From Eledone cirrhosa (Eukaryota), in assembly GCA_964016885.1 (NCBI GenBank), contig CAXHJY010001186.1:1-33714 (forward strand): a DNA stretch of 33,714 bases, in the 5' to 3' direction. Of this stretch, positions 33,546 to 33,714 are shown piece by piece. The first letter of the stretch is position 1, and each line of letters opens with the position of its first letter. Position numbers and translations under genes: made by a program. The notes below the pieces were generated by a model. It saw nothing but the letters and a program-made list of their open reading frames with translations, was not told the origin of the DNA and searched no databases.

Positions 33546-33714
33546 GAAGTGTAACATGGTTACATGGTAACAAAATGAATGACAATAGGAAATAACAAAA
33601 GACATATCGATAATGAGCCGCAATAATGGCGGAAGTGTTTCCTATGATATCGCTGATTAGAAAAATAAACTGATTGGAGGTATTATTAAAGCTACAGATA
33701 AATCTCTAGATACA

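Noticed and set aside
32939-33595. 218-aa poly-Asn ORF and antisense poly-Leu ORFs
   Set aside because: Triplet-repeat artefact with no non-repetitive domain.

Overview
Eukaryotic, very AT-rich, repeat-dominated DNA. The SINE motifs and giant interrupted (TA)n arrays resemble Octopus/cephalopod sequence, but that assignment is an inference. Roughly half the window is microsatellite, and almost every long ORF in the track is a YI/IY artefact of it. Recognisable parts are a 5'-truncated, frameshifted RTE-type LINE (minus, 23445-25470), many tRNA-derived SINE pieces including a tandem array, two Tc1/mariner-type MITEs, Helentron/DINE-like pieces, a ~60-bp G-rich minisatellite, and three small minus-strand exon candidates with canonical splice sites. 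The main observation is two related fold-back elements (17414-17605 and 31939-32191) flanked by microsatellites. Each is a near-perfect palindrome of two head-to-head type I hammerhead-ribozyme cores (CUGAUGA...GAAAC...GUA), with the symmetry axis at the 5' strand of helix I. Further hammerhead remnants of the Penelope-like-element (PLE) type lie at 18643, 29318 and 29981. The window also has an unusually high number of other long inverted repeats.
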